The notes beneath the pieces were generated by a model that had not been told where the DNA came from, searched no databases, and was given only the letters and a program-made list of their open reading frames with translations. DNA of 64,000 nt from assembly GCF_030144855.1 (NCBI RefSeq), contig NC_082717.1, positions 67,828,001-67,892,000 on the forward strand, in the 5' to 3' direction. This stretch comes from Hypanus sabinus (Eukaryota). This document shows, in pieces, positions 26,408-38,375 of this stretch (position 1 is its first letter; every line of letters starts with the position of its first letter). The position numbers and the translations under genes were made by a program.

Positions 26408-29127
26408 ATTATCTTAAACGTTTCAATCAGATCCCCTCTCAATCTCCTCAATTCCAGCGTGTACAAGCCCAATCTCTCCAATCTCTCTGCGTAAGACAGC
26501 CCTGCCATCCCAGGAATCAACTTAATGAATCTACGCTGCACTTCCTCAATTGCCAGAATGTCCTTCCTTAAACCTGGAGACCAAAACTGTACACAATATT
26601 CCAGGTGTGGTCTCACCAGGGCCCTGTACAAATGCAAAAGGACATCCTTGCTCTTGTACTCAATTCCCCTTGTAATAAAGGCCAACATTCCATTAGCCCT
26701 CTTCACTGCCTGTTGCACTTGCTCATTCACCTTCATTGACTGATGAACTAGGACTCCTAGGTCTCTTTGCATTTCTCCCTTACCTAACTCTACACCGTTC
26801 AGACAATACTCTGCCCTCTTGTTCCTGCTTCCAAAGTGGATAGCTTCACATTTTTTCACATTGAATGACATCTGCCAAGTATCTGCCCACTCACCCAGCC
26901 TATCCAAGTCTCCCTGTATTCTCCTAACGTCCTCTTCGCATGTCACACTGCCACCCAGTTTAGTATCGTCAGCAAACTTGCTGATATAGTTTTCAATGCC
27001 CTCATCTAAATCATTGACATAAATCGTAAAGAGCTATGGTCCCAATACAGAGTCCTGTGGTACCCCACTAGTCACCTCCAGCCAGTCGGAGAAACACCCA
27101 TTCACTGCTACCCTTTGCTTTCTATCTGCCAACCAGTTTTCTATCCATGTTGAAACCCTGCCCCCAATGCCAAGAGCTCTGATTTTACTCACCAATCTCC
27201 TATGTGGCACCTTATCGAATACCTTCTGAAAATCTAGGTACACAACATCCACTGGCTTACCCTCGTCTAACATCCTTGTTACACCCTCAAAAAACTCCAA
27301 CAGATTAGTCAAGCATGATTTGCCCTTGGTAAATCCATGCTGGCTTGGCCTAATCCTATTACTGCCATCAAGATGTGCCACTATTTCGTCCTTAATAATG
27401 GACTCAAGCATCTTCCCCACGACTGACGTTAGGCTAACAGGGCGATAGTTCTCCGTTTTCTCCTTCCCTCCCTTCTTGAAAAGTGGGATAACATTAGCCA
27501 CTCTCCAATCTTCAGGAACTGATCCTGAATCTAAGGAACATTGGAAAATGATTACCAATGCATCCGCAATTTCCTGAGCCACCTCTTTTAGAACCCTCGG
27601 ATCCAGACCATCTGGACCCGGGGATTTATTAGCTTTCAGTCCTAGCAGTCTACTCATTATAGTTTCTTTCTTCATGTCATATCTGTCTCAATTCCTCTGA
27701 TATCTTATGACCCTGGCCCATCCATTCATCTGGGAGATTGCTTGTGTCCTCCCTGGTGAAGACAGATCTAAAGTACACATTAAATTCTGTTGCCATTTCC
27801 CTGTTTCCCATAACAATTTCTCCCAATTCATTCTTCAAGGGGCCAACATTGTTCTTAACTATCTTCTTTCTCTTCACATAGCTAAAAAAGCTTTTGCTAT
27901 TCCCTTTTATATTCCTGGCTAGACTGAGCTCATACCTGATTTTTTCTCTCCATATTGCTTTTTTAGTTAAGATCTGCTGTTCCTTAAAGCTTTCCCAATC
28001 ATCTGTATTCCCACTCATCTTAGCTCTGTCATACTTCTTTTTCTTTAATGCTATACAATCTCTGACTTCCTTTGTCAACCACTGTGGCCCCTTCCCCCTC
28101 TTTGAATCCTTCCTTCTCATTGGAATGAACTGCTTTTGCATCTTTTGTATTATCCCCAAGAAGATCTGCCACTACTGATCCACTGTCTTTCCTGCCAGGG
28201 CATCCGCCCATTTAACTTTGGCCAGCTCTTCCCTCATGGCTCCTAGTCTCCTTTATTTAATTGCAACACTGACACCTCTGATCTGCCCTTATCCCTCTCA
28301 AATTGTAGATAAAAACTTATCATGTTATGATCACTACTTCCAAATGGCTCCTTTACTTCAAGATCACTTATCAATTCCTGTTCATTACACATCACCAAGT
28401 CCAAAATAGCCTCGTTCCTGGTTGGCTCAAGCACAAGCTGTTCCAAAAATACATCCCTTAGACACTCCACAAACTCCCTATCCTGGGGTCCAGCACCTAC
28501 CTGATTCTCCCAGTTCACCTGCATGTTGAATTCTCCCATAACGACTGCATTACCTTTAGCACATGCCAATGTTAACTCCCTAATTAACGTACCCAATATC
28601 CATGCTACTGTTTGGGGGCCTGTACACAACACCCATTAGGGTCTTTTTACCCTTACTGTTCCTCAGCTCAATCCACACAGACTCTACTTCCCCTGTTCCC
28701 AAGTCACCTCTTGCTCAGGACTGAATCTCATTCCTCACCAACAGGGCCACCCCACCCCCTCTTCCCATATTTCTGTCTCTACGATAGCACGTATACCCTG
28801 GTACACTCAATTCCCAGGCCTGATCCCCTTGCAGCCATGTCTCCGTTATCCCAACAATATCGTAGTTCCCCATTTTCATCTGAGCTTCAAGCTCACCTGT
28901 CTTATTTCTGACACTACGCGCATTCAAGTATAGAATTCTTAGCCCATTCCTCCTCTCTTTGCTTAAAACACTGTCTATTGTACCTAACCCAGCTCCTTGA
29001 ACTTCCATCGGGCTAATTGCACCTTGAATTTTGATGACCTTCTCAAGATCACCCAAACCTTCTACACATTTAACCCAATGCTCCTTCTGACCAACCCTCT
29101 GGATCTGGATCCCTGCCCCCTGCACAT
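26408..29127 (-). pseudogene. CR1 ORF2 (AP endonuclease plus reverse transcriptase), disrupted
   Basis: YLNARS, GITETWL, GGGVAL, SDH; KSPGPDG, NYRPVSLTS, QHGF, YLDFQKVFDKVPH, GVPQ, FADD; split over five ORFs. Confidence 0.92.
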
Positions 29128-30073
29128 CTAGTTTAAACCCCCCCCCCCGAGCAGCACTGGCAAACATTCCTGCAAGAATGTTAGTACCCCTCCGGTTCAG
29201 ATGTAGACCGTCCCTTTGAAACAGATCCCAAAGTCCCTGGAACAAAGACCAATTATCCAAAAACTTGAACCCCTCCTTCCTGCACCATGCTCTCGGCCTC
29301 GTATTAATGTGCATAATCATTCTATTCTTCGCCTCACTCGCACGTGGCACAGGTAGCAATCCCGAGATTGTCACCCTGGAGGTCCTGCCTTTCAGCTTCA
29401 CTCCTAACTCCCTGAGCTCTCTAAGCAGGACCCCCTCGCTCACCTTACCTACATCATTGGTCCCTACATGGACCACTACATCTGGGTTCATGCCCTCGTT
29501 ATCAAGAATAGCCTGCACCCGATCTGAGATGTCCCGGACCCTGGCACCAGGGAGGCAACATACCATCCGAGACTCCCGATCTGCCCCACAAAATCTCCTA
29601 TCTGCCCCCCTGACTATAGAATCCCCTAAAACTATCGCTCTCTTCTCTTCCCTCTTCCCCTTTCTAGTTGAGGGTTCAACCTTTGTGCCAGAGGCAGGAC
29701 AACTACAACTCATTCCTGGTAGGTCATCCCCATCAACAGTATCCAGTACGGTATACTTATTGTTAATGGGAATGGCCGCAGGGGTGCTCTGCTCTCTCTG
29801 CCTGCTCCCCCTGCCTCTCTGGACCGTCACCCATCTGCCTACTTCTTGGTTTTTTGGTGTGACTACCTCCTGATAACTCCTATCTATCTCTGCCTCCACC
29901 TCCCGAATGATCCGTAGTTCATCCAGCTCCTGCTCCAACTCCCTAACTCATGCTGATAGGAGCCGCAGCTGGACGCACCTTTTGCAGGTGTGGTCATCAG
30001 GGACAACTGTGTTGACCCTGACCTCCCACATACTGCATACGGAGCACACCACTGCTCTGACTGTCTCCCCCAT
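29128..30073 (-). pseudogene. CR1 ORF1 (CxxC-CxxC zinc finger/coiled coil plus SGNH esterase) with premature TGA at 29948-29950
   Basis: MGETVRAVVCSVCSMWE...HTCKRCVQL; GDS, LPGA, VHVGTND, DGLHLN motifs. Confidence 0.9.
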
Positions 30074-30247
30074 ACCTGAACTGAATTAATAGAATAAGTC
30101 TAAAAATCATCTAGCGACCTTACCTTCTTCCCCTCAGCGAGCAATCACACAGGCTTACCGAAGTCCCCTTACACCGAAGCCCACTTAGCTAAAGCCCAGG
30201 ACTCTGCTTCCACAGACTCCGCTGCCCGCTCTGAAAAGAAGTCCTGC

Positions 30248-30295
30248 CTTTTAAAGTGCGCGCTCGACGCTGACGTCACTCGCGCCTGCGCAGTC
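30248..30295 (-). promoter_or_regulatory. Putative internal Pol II promoter in the CR1 5'UTR
   Basis: NRF1-like TGCGCAGGCGCG (30281-30292), perfect CRE TGACGTCA (30271-30278), TATA-like TTTAAAAG; CpG retained. Confidence 0.5.
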
Positions 30296-30774
30296 CCCCC
30301 TCCTCCACAGGTATTGACCAGGTAGGCTTAATTCCTACCTACAACGGTCGAATTCTCTGAGCTCCCAGCTGAATCACAAGCTGTAACTTGCTGTCGATTC
30401 AAATAGGGTCTTTTAAGAAACTTTTAGATAGGTACATGGAGCTTAGAAAAATAGAGGGCTATGCGGTAGGGAAATTCTAGGCAGTCTCTAGAGCAGGTCA
30501 AATCAACACGTACAAACAAGCTGGATGAACTCAGCAGGTCGGGCAGCATCCGTTGAAAGGAGCAGTCAACGTTTCGGGCCGAGACCCTTCGTCCTGAATC
30601 CCGTATGAATCAGATGCACTTCATACTGTGGTTTTAAAATAGTGATCAGTGAGATAGTTTGCGCATTTTTTATCTTTCCCAAAATTCTGTCAATTCACGG
30701 AAGGCTCCACTAGATTTTAAAGCATTCAAAAAGAGACGAAGGTGAAATACAAGTAGCGATATGCTTATTTGCTT

Positions 30775-30958
30775 CACACACAAAATGCTGGCAGAACTCA
30801 GCAGGCCAGGCAGCATCTATAGAAAAGAGTAAACAGCTGACGTTCTGCACCAGGCTGGTCACTCTTTTCCATAGATACCGCCTGGCCTGCCGAGTTCCTC
30901 TGGCATTTCGATGTGTTGCTTGGATTTCCAGCATCTGCTGATTTTCTCAAGTTTGTGA
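30775..30958. mobile_element. Palindromic Penelope pLTR-derived element
   Basis: Arms 30775-30832 and 30860-30916 are imperfect reverse complements and match the pLTR at 48899 and 61390. Confidence 0.75.
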
Positions 30959-30984
30959 TGCTTATTAGCTTAACATCAGACACA

Positions 30985-31560
30985 GGAAAATGTTAAAAGC
31001 AATTATTAGAGACAGTATGACAGAGCAAGTAGAAAGATTCAGGGTAATCAGGCAAATTCAACATGGTTTTGTGAAAGAGAAATCATGTTTGACCGATTTG
31101 TTGAGTTCATTGAATATATAACGCAGATTGGGGTGGATGTGCTGAGATTTTTCAGAAGGCTTGTATCTGCTAGAAATTGGCCGACTGAGAATAGAGTTAA
31201 TGATAAGTAGGATCATGAAAGATTTTGAGAAGGGGGACATTGCTCGGTTGTTTCCATTTGTGGCAGAATCTGGAACCAGGGGCTACTGTTTAAAACATCT
31301 GGAACTGTCCATTTAATAAAGAGATGAGGCAAAACTTTTTCTTTCAGGGAATATGGACTCTTTGCAACCTTTCCCCTAAGATCAGTGAATGTCAATACAT
31401 TGATTTTTTTAATTCAGAAATATTAATACTTGATAAGCAAGTGGATGAAGGCATGCAGAGATGAGATTAAAATCATAGCAGCCATGAACTTATTAAATGG
31501 CAGAGTAGGTCTGAGAAACCGAGAGGCCTACACCTGCTTCTAATGTTTCTATGTTCGTAT
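30985..31560 (+). mobile_element. Old, internally deleted CR1
   Basis: QHGFVKEKSCLTDLLSS remnant followed by CR1 3' end. Confidence 0.65.
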
Positions 31561-32214
31561 CTGCCAGACGAAGACATGTCTAACCCAACCCTCTTTTTCC
31601 TGCCAGTCTTCTCTACACACAATGTTTTACCTCCTCCATCATTTTATTTTCTGTTGTAACTTCGATGCACCACCTTATCAAATGTCTGTTAGAACTCCAA
31701 GTATGATACACCTACAGGTTCCCCTTTCATCGGCAGCAGATCCCTGATTGCTGAGTCATATCAACTTTACAAGAGAAGACTGAGACTTAGGCTGAACTAG
31801 ACCAGTCTAGGCCAGCAGCTATCAGTTCCAAATAAATATATGTGATGATGACGTCTGTTTGTTTTTACATTAAATTCTGTCATACACAGACATTGTTCTG
31901 CTTATGCGGCCAATTCAGCAGGGGAGGATTTGGTGGCAAGGATAACAAGTTACCTGGTAGGGCAGGCAAACAGTCTCCTGAGGTGCAGGAAGGTTGCTCT
32001 TGGAGCCCTGGAAATAGCTGCTGGTGGCAACCAGTGGTCTCCTGGGTGGAGAGCAGATGAGTCTGACTGGAGGAGGAGAAGGAAATAACCGAAGTGTTTT
32101 GCACAGGTACTTAACTTGTGAAGTGGGCGCACACGGGAGTCCTGCAGTGCCTGTGCCAGTGGGTGCCATACTGGAATGGAGTATTGGTCAGGTTAGATCA
32201 AATTTATAAAGTTA

Positions 32215-32525
32215 GAGAATCATAGAGAGATATAGCGCAGCCCGCCGTGTCCATGCCCCCAGTCAACTGCCCAGCTTAAACAAATCCTTCATTAATCTCA
32301 AATTTTAATCTCATCGCAATCTCAGATTCTGCCGCTAATGTAGACACTACAGGCTACAAAGATCAGTTCACCTACCAACCCGCACACCTTTGGGATGCAG
32401 AATGAAGCCAGAACAGGTGGAGGAAACCCACGCAGTCACAGGGAAATCATGCAGGTTCCACAGAGACAGAGACCAGCACTGAACCTGGCTAACTGGTGTT
32501 CTGACTGTGTGGTTCCACAGGTTGT
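32215..32525 (-). mobile_element. HE1-type V-SINE
   Basis: 'cctaccaacccgcacacctttgggatg...ggaggaaacccacgcagtcacaggga...ccacagagacag'. Confidence 0.75.
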
Positions 32526-33107
32526 GTTGGGAACAGTGTAGAGATTATTGAAAGGTGTCGAGATAACATACACTCGCTGAAGAGGCCAATAACTGGCAGG
32601 TGAAAGTTAACAGACAGAAGTGTGAATTAGCACACACTGGTGAACTGAACAAGTGGAGATAACATTGACTAATTTACAGAGTTGTAAAAGGTATATGGGA
32701 CCTAGCAACCACTTGCGAGGACACCCATCTGCATCTGTTCACTCAGCTTCACCACTGATGCGCAATCCCAGCAGTCCTGTACTATCTATAGGACACATTG
32801 CAGCTACTCACTTCTCCTAAGATTTGCAAACAAAGATCTTTACCATCTAGAATGTTTCAAGGTGAAAAAGCATGGGAACCACAGTAGGGATGGACAAATA
32901 AACATTGGATCAGCCTGTGAAGCCCACATCCCTTACATAGAACAGTACAGGCCCTTCAGCCTACAACATTGTGACAACTTTTTAACCTGTTCTGAGATCT
33001 ATCTAACCCTTCCCTCCAACAGAGCTCTCCATTTTTCTGTCATCCATGTGCCGAGCTAACAGTTTTCCTAAGGCACAAAGATGTTAGAAAAACCCCTTAA
33101 ATGATTC

Positions 33108-33301
33108 TTCCTGTAGAAGTAGTAGAGGCCAGTTCAGTTGTGTCATTTAAGGTAAAATTGGATAGGTATATGGACAGGAAAGGAGTGGAGGGTTATAGGC
33201 TGAGTGCGGGTAGGTGGGACTAGGTGAGATTAAGAGTTCGGCACGGACTAGGAGGGCCGAGATGGCCTGTTTCCGTGCTGTGATTGTTATATGGTTATAT
33301 G
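33108..33301 (+). mobile_element. Young CR1 3' terminal fragment
   Basis: PVEVVEASSVVSFKVKLDRYMDRKGVEGY; tail 'ggcctgtttccgtgctgtgattgttatatggttatatg'. Confidence 0.8.
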
Positions 33302-34683
33302 ATTACAAAGAATAAGGAACAGAGGGATCTGGATGCATATGCCACAAGTCTTTGTCAAGACCAGGACATGTTGCCAGAATGGTTAATGAAGCAGATGAAA
33401 ACTTGGACCTTTCAAATGGACAAACACACTACTAGAAAGGGAATTTATATTCAGCCTTCAGAAAACACACATTAGCAGGATGTGAATTTCCCCGAGAGAC
33501 TGCAGGAAAGATGTCCTAAAATGCTTCCAGGAATGCGGCATTTTATCTGCAAAGTTTGAAATACTGGATTGTTCCTGGTAGAGCAAAGGAACTTTAATTA
33601 TTTTAGTAGATATGTAGAAGACCATGATGGCTTAGATCCCATAAGTCAAGGATTGCTTCCCATTAGCAGAGAGCTTAAGAACTGGGGTGCATTTTAATGG
33701 TGGGCAAAAAATATAAGCAAGGAAAATCTTATGTGAAAAGTGAGGCCAATCTGGAATTCACTTCTGAAAACCTAATAAATCAGGGCTTTCAACTTGCAAT
33801 TGGAGTGAAAATAATTTTCCAACCTGTGAGGTATTTGACTGGTTGAACTGCTCCACAGAGTGCTGAGATGTACTCAAGTGGGTCAAATAGCCTCTCTTCA
33901 TTCCACTAAGAATTCTTATTGCAGTAGAAGGCTGTTCATTCTTGTGCCAATTCTTTGAAAGAATTAGTCCCATTCCATTGTCCATATCTGACATGTCAAT
34001 TCTAACACTTCAATAATTAACCTAGAGGCATTTAAATTTGACAACAACCATCTTCCAGAGGAAACTTGGTCAATGCTTCCTTTGACCAAATTAAAGTTAA
34101 TGGAAAGATTACAGTGTTTCAACTAACATTGCTTATATTCCATAAGTACAGATAAGTTTTGATGAAGTCATCACAGAAGTTATAAGGAGTAAACTAATTT
34201 AAGGTTCTGAAAAAGTCAAGCCAATGTTACTGGGGACTCACACGATAATTCCATGATGTATTGGCAATTGGGTAGACAGAATTAGTTCCATATTGGCAGA
34301 AATTCCCAGCAAGAGTTTTCTCTGATTATATCTTGCCCAGAGTTATTCCCCAAATCATACTGCATCATGCTGCATCCATGTTCAGGAATCCTTCATTCAT
34401 GAACATGGATACAATACGGACAAACTTTCAGAAAGTCAATATAGTTATTTAACCTCAAAGGAAATTTACTGATTTAATGCCTGGATCTATAAAAGCACAA
34501 AGATCTTGATAGTGGTATCTATAAACTGTGCATACGTATATTAGCATATTTTCAAAGGCACATCAGAGAGCACTCTATCATAGGAGCAAACTTTGGAATA
34601 TCAACTCGATACTGAATTTCAAACTTATGCTTGTGTTAGATTTCATTAAAATCAATGTTTTATATGTGGTCATTCTGCTTCAG

Positions 34684-35317
34684 GTTCAAGTTCAAGGTTA
34701 ATTGTTTTTTCAATCATTCACGTGAATACAGCCAAGTGAGACAGCGTTCTTCAGGGGCTGCAGCACAAAACACAGTATCAACAGTCACACACTGCAGAAG
34801 GCACATATAGCACATTTAATTATGATAGCAGAAAACACCGTTACAAGAAAAATGCGTAAAAATTGACTAATAATATAGCTCAAGTCCCTGAGCGTCATGG
34901 CCTGTTGATTTATGGTGCATGGATGTTGTCCTGAAATCATGTGTCTGCAAGGACAAGCATAGAGCAATTCCTCATCATGCACTCATGCAGACGCTGACAA
35001 ATGCAATCCAGCTTGGCTTCCACCGAGCAAACACTGGAGAGCAGCATTGATGGGAGTGGCCAGCACCCAAGCCAGTAGAAATCCCGCGGCACACAGCCAG
35101 CTCCAGCATCTCCTTCCTCAGCAGCAGCAACAGGCGATTCCGAGGCAGAGGGCCTTGTCTACGCAACAACCGAGGCGATGCTGCTACCCCGCTGTCAGCC
35201 TTCCCAATGGACCAGTGAATCAGACTTGCAATATTCTAGATTACCAATGTCGAACAGGGACTTGTGATCACAACAAAAACATCCAAGACAATCACCTACA
35301 CAGTCTGTTGGACTGTG
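34684..35317 (-). mobile_element. Unclassified non-autonomous retroelement with Rex-type (CTTGAA)n tail
   Basis: 'gttcaagttcaaggttaattg' reverse tail followed by a GC-rich non-coding body. Confidence 0.45.
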
Positions 35318-36270
35318 TTTATATGCACTATATACTGTATATTCTGTAGATTCAAAGCAGTATAGCCTTGAGATGTATTGCCAAAGCCATCTGCAAATTA
35401 TCTGCAACCAAAAGTTCTGAACTTTTACTATAGGGGATAGTCAGAGCCTAAGGCTATGCATGTATTTTTTCTTCTAACTGTACATTTTATCTATAATTTA
35501 TTCTGCTTTTCTAAATTATTCAAACTGACAGTAGGTGAAAATAGCGAATTCACTGAGTCCCTCCTTTAGGTTATTAATGTAAAACAGTCTTTTTGTTGAT
35601 TTGAATTTTTAAGTTTTGCTTTAACTTCCCTTTTAATCAGACTTTTATTCTGATCAAGTGAAAGTGAACATAACTTGTGTTAAATAAGGTTAAATAACTG
35701 TAGATTTAATAAAAATTATCTTCAAGGTTAATGAAGGCGAATGATGACAAACATGTTTATTAGAGATGCCATAGGCCCAACAGCTATTTATAATGCTTTT
35801 CAATTAATTGCCTTTTACTTCTTTTTTACAAACCACCAGAAAATTCACTTTGGCATCTGTCATATAGCTTGAGTATTGCCAGTAGCCTGGTACTTACAGA
35901 ATCCTAAAAATCCTCATAGCAGCTTCATTGGTTTTCAATCAGGTGCTGTAGAGTTTGATGTATAAAAAAACAGGCCCTACTTATAGTTTGCATGTAAATT
36001 CTGATGAGTTTCAGCATTTACATTTCAAATTATGATATTCTCTTCATTAGTGGAACAGACTGCCATTAATACTTCATCCCTTTCTTAATTGTTATTACTA
36101 CAGCCTTCATTTGGGAAAGCACAAAAAAATTGTTCCTTGGCCTTCCCCAAAGCTATGCTACTGTTAGGAGATCTGCATGCCCATCAGTGGTTGAGTTTCT
36201 TGTTCAAACACATTAGGTTTGGTAACTTCCTTACCAACAAACTTTGGAAATGCCTGATCATGTGAAAAGC

Positions 36271-38375
36271 AGAATCGGAATCAAGTTTAGAAACAGGCTT
36301 AATATCATTGGCATATATTGTAAAATCTGTTGTTCTGCACCAGCAGTACAGTGCAATACATAATAATAAAAAATATTAATTATGACAAGTAAATACTGTG
36401 TATCTATTAAGTAAGTCGTGCAAAAACAGAGGTAAAGAAAACCGATGTAATATACATGGTTTCATTGTCATTTGGAAATCTGATGGCAGAGGGGAAGAAG
36501 CTGTTCTCGAAAAGTTGAAATTTCTTCTTCAGGCTCCTATATCTCTTCCTGGATGAGAAGAGGGAATGTGCTGGGAGATCAGGATTCTTAATGAAGGATG
36601 CCACCTTTTTGAGGCATCGCCTTTTGAAGGTATCCTGGAAGCTTAGGAGATGAGTATCCATGATGGAGCTGGCTGAGTTTATAATTTTCTGCAGCTTTTT
36701 CTGATGCTGTGCGGTGGCTCCTCCATACCAGACAGTGATGCAACCAGTTAGAATGCTCTCCATGGTACATCTGTAAAAATTTGTGAGTGCTTTTGGTGAC
36801 ATGTCAATTCTTCTCAGACTCCTAATGAAATATTGCTGTTCTTTGTAATTGCATCAATGCGTTGGGCCCAGGATAGATCTTCAGAGATGTCGACACCCAG
36901 GAATTTGAAACTGCTCATCCTTTCCACTTCTGATCCCCTGCTGGGGATTTGTGCATGTTCCCTTGGCTTCCACTTCCGGAAGTCCACAAGCAATTCCTTG
37001 GTCTTGTTTATTGATGTTTAGTGCAATGTTGCTGCTGCAATATCACTCAAGCAACTAATCTCTCTCACTCCTGTACGCCTTCTTATCACCTTGAAATTCT
37101 GCCAATAGCTGTGTCATTGGCAAAATTATAGATGGTGTTTGAACAGTGCCTAGCCACATAGTCATGGGTGTAAGTGTAGTAGAGCAGTAAAGCATTCTCA
37201 GCAAGGAGATGTTATTTCCAATCTGCACAGACTATGGTTTCCCAATGTAGAAGTCAAGGATCCAGTTTCAGAGAAGTTACAGATGCCCAGGTTGTGGAGT
37301 TTGTTGATTAGAGCTGAAGGTACGGTTGTGATGTGTGTTGAGCCATGATCAATAAACAGTAGTTTGACATTGACCTCCGACACAACGGTCACTAGGTCAC
37401 AAGATGCTGCAGGGATTCACACAGGTGTGGTTTTATTCTCCCTGCAAAGTGAGCATAAAAAGCATTGCGCTCATGTGGGAAAGAAGCATCACAACTTGTA
37501 ATGGTGTTAGGTTTAGCCTTGTAGGAAGTGCTGGCCTGCAAATCCTGCAGAGCAGACATGCATCCGATTCCATTTCTAATTTCAATCAGAGATGTTTTCT
37601 TGCCTTTAACATAGCCTTCCATTGATCATGCCTGGACATCTCATATAGTTCTGGATCACCAGATTTGAACGCCACAAATCTAGCACTCTGCAGGCTATGA
37701 TCCTTCAGGTTCATCCATGACTTTTGGTTTGACTATGTCCAGTATGTTCTCGAAAGCGCACACTCTTCCACACAGGTCTTAATGAAATTGGAGACAACTG
37801 TGGCATATTCATTCAGATTTGAAGATGAATCCCTGAATACTGCCCAGTCCACTAACTCAAAGCAGTCCTGTAAGTTCTCCTCTGCTTCCCTTAACCATAA
37901 CTTCTTGGTTTTTACCACTGGTGCTGTGGTCTTCAGTCTCTACCCATCTGCTGGGAATAGAAGTACAGACAGGTGATCAGACTTTCTGAAGTGTGGCTGT
38001 GGGATGGCATCGTAAGTGTTCTTGATAGTGGCATAACAGTGGTCAAGTGTGTGTGGGCTCCTTTGGTTCCACAGGTGATATCTTGGTAGTGATTTGTGTA
38101 CCACATTGAGTTCATCATAAAGCATACTCCATTTTCTCTACCTTTAAAATACTCAACTGATCTATCTTTTCAATGGATAGTGAAGTGCTGCGTCTAAAAT
38201 ATCTAGGTTGAGCCATGTTTCCATGAAGCAAAGTACACAGCAGTCATAATGTCTCTTTGGTAGTGCAGTCTTGCTCTAGGTCTTCAATTTTATTTTCTAG
38301 AGATTGTACATTCACCTGCAGGACAGTCGGGAGCGCATGTAGCATCTACGGTTTCTGTGTTTCAATTGTATCTGC
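36271..38375 (-). mobile_element. Degenerate Rex1/Babar-type LINE with internal deletions
   Basis: DCCVLCFMETWL, TLDHCY...KSDHLSVLL, LQDCFELVDW, NFYRCTMESILTGCITVWYG. Confidence 0.88.

Larger units (their letters stand above)
25729..30399 (-). mobile_element. Near-full-length CR1 LINE (young but disabled), interrupted at 25760-26407
   Basis: CpG-rich 5'UTR, ORF1 zinc finger plus esterase, ORF2 endonuclease plus RT, with only a few stops and frameshifts. Confidence 0.95.

Noticed and set aside
29265-29873. 202-aa plus-strand ORF
   Set aside because: Antisense shadow of CR1 ORF1.
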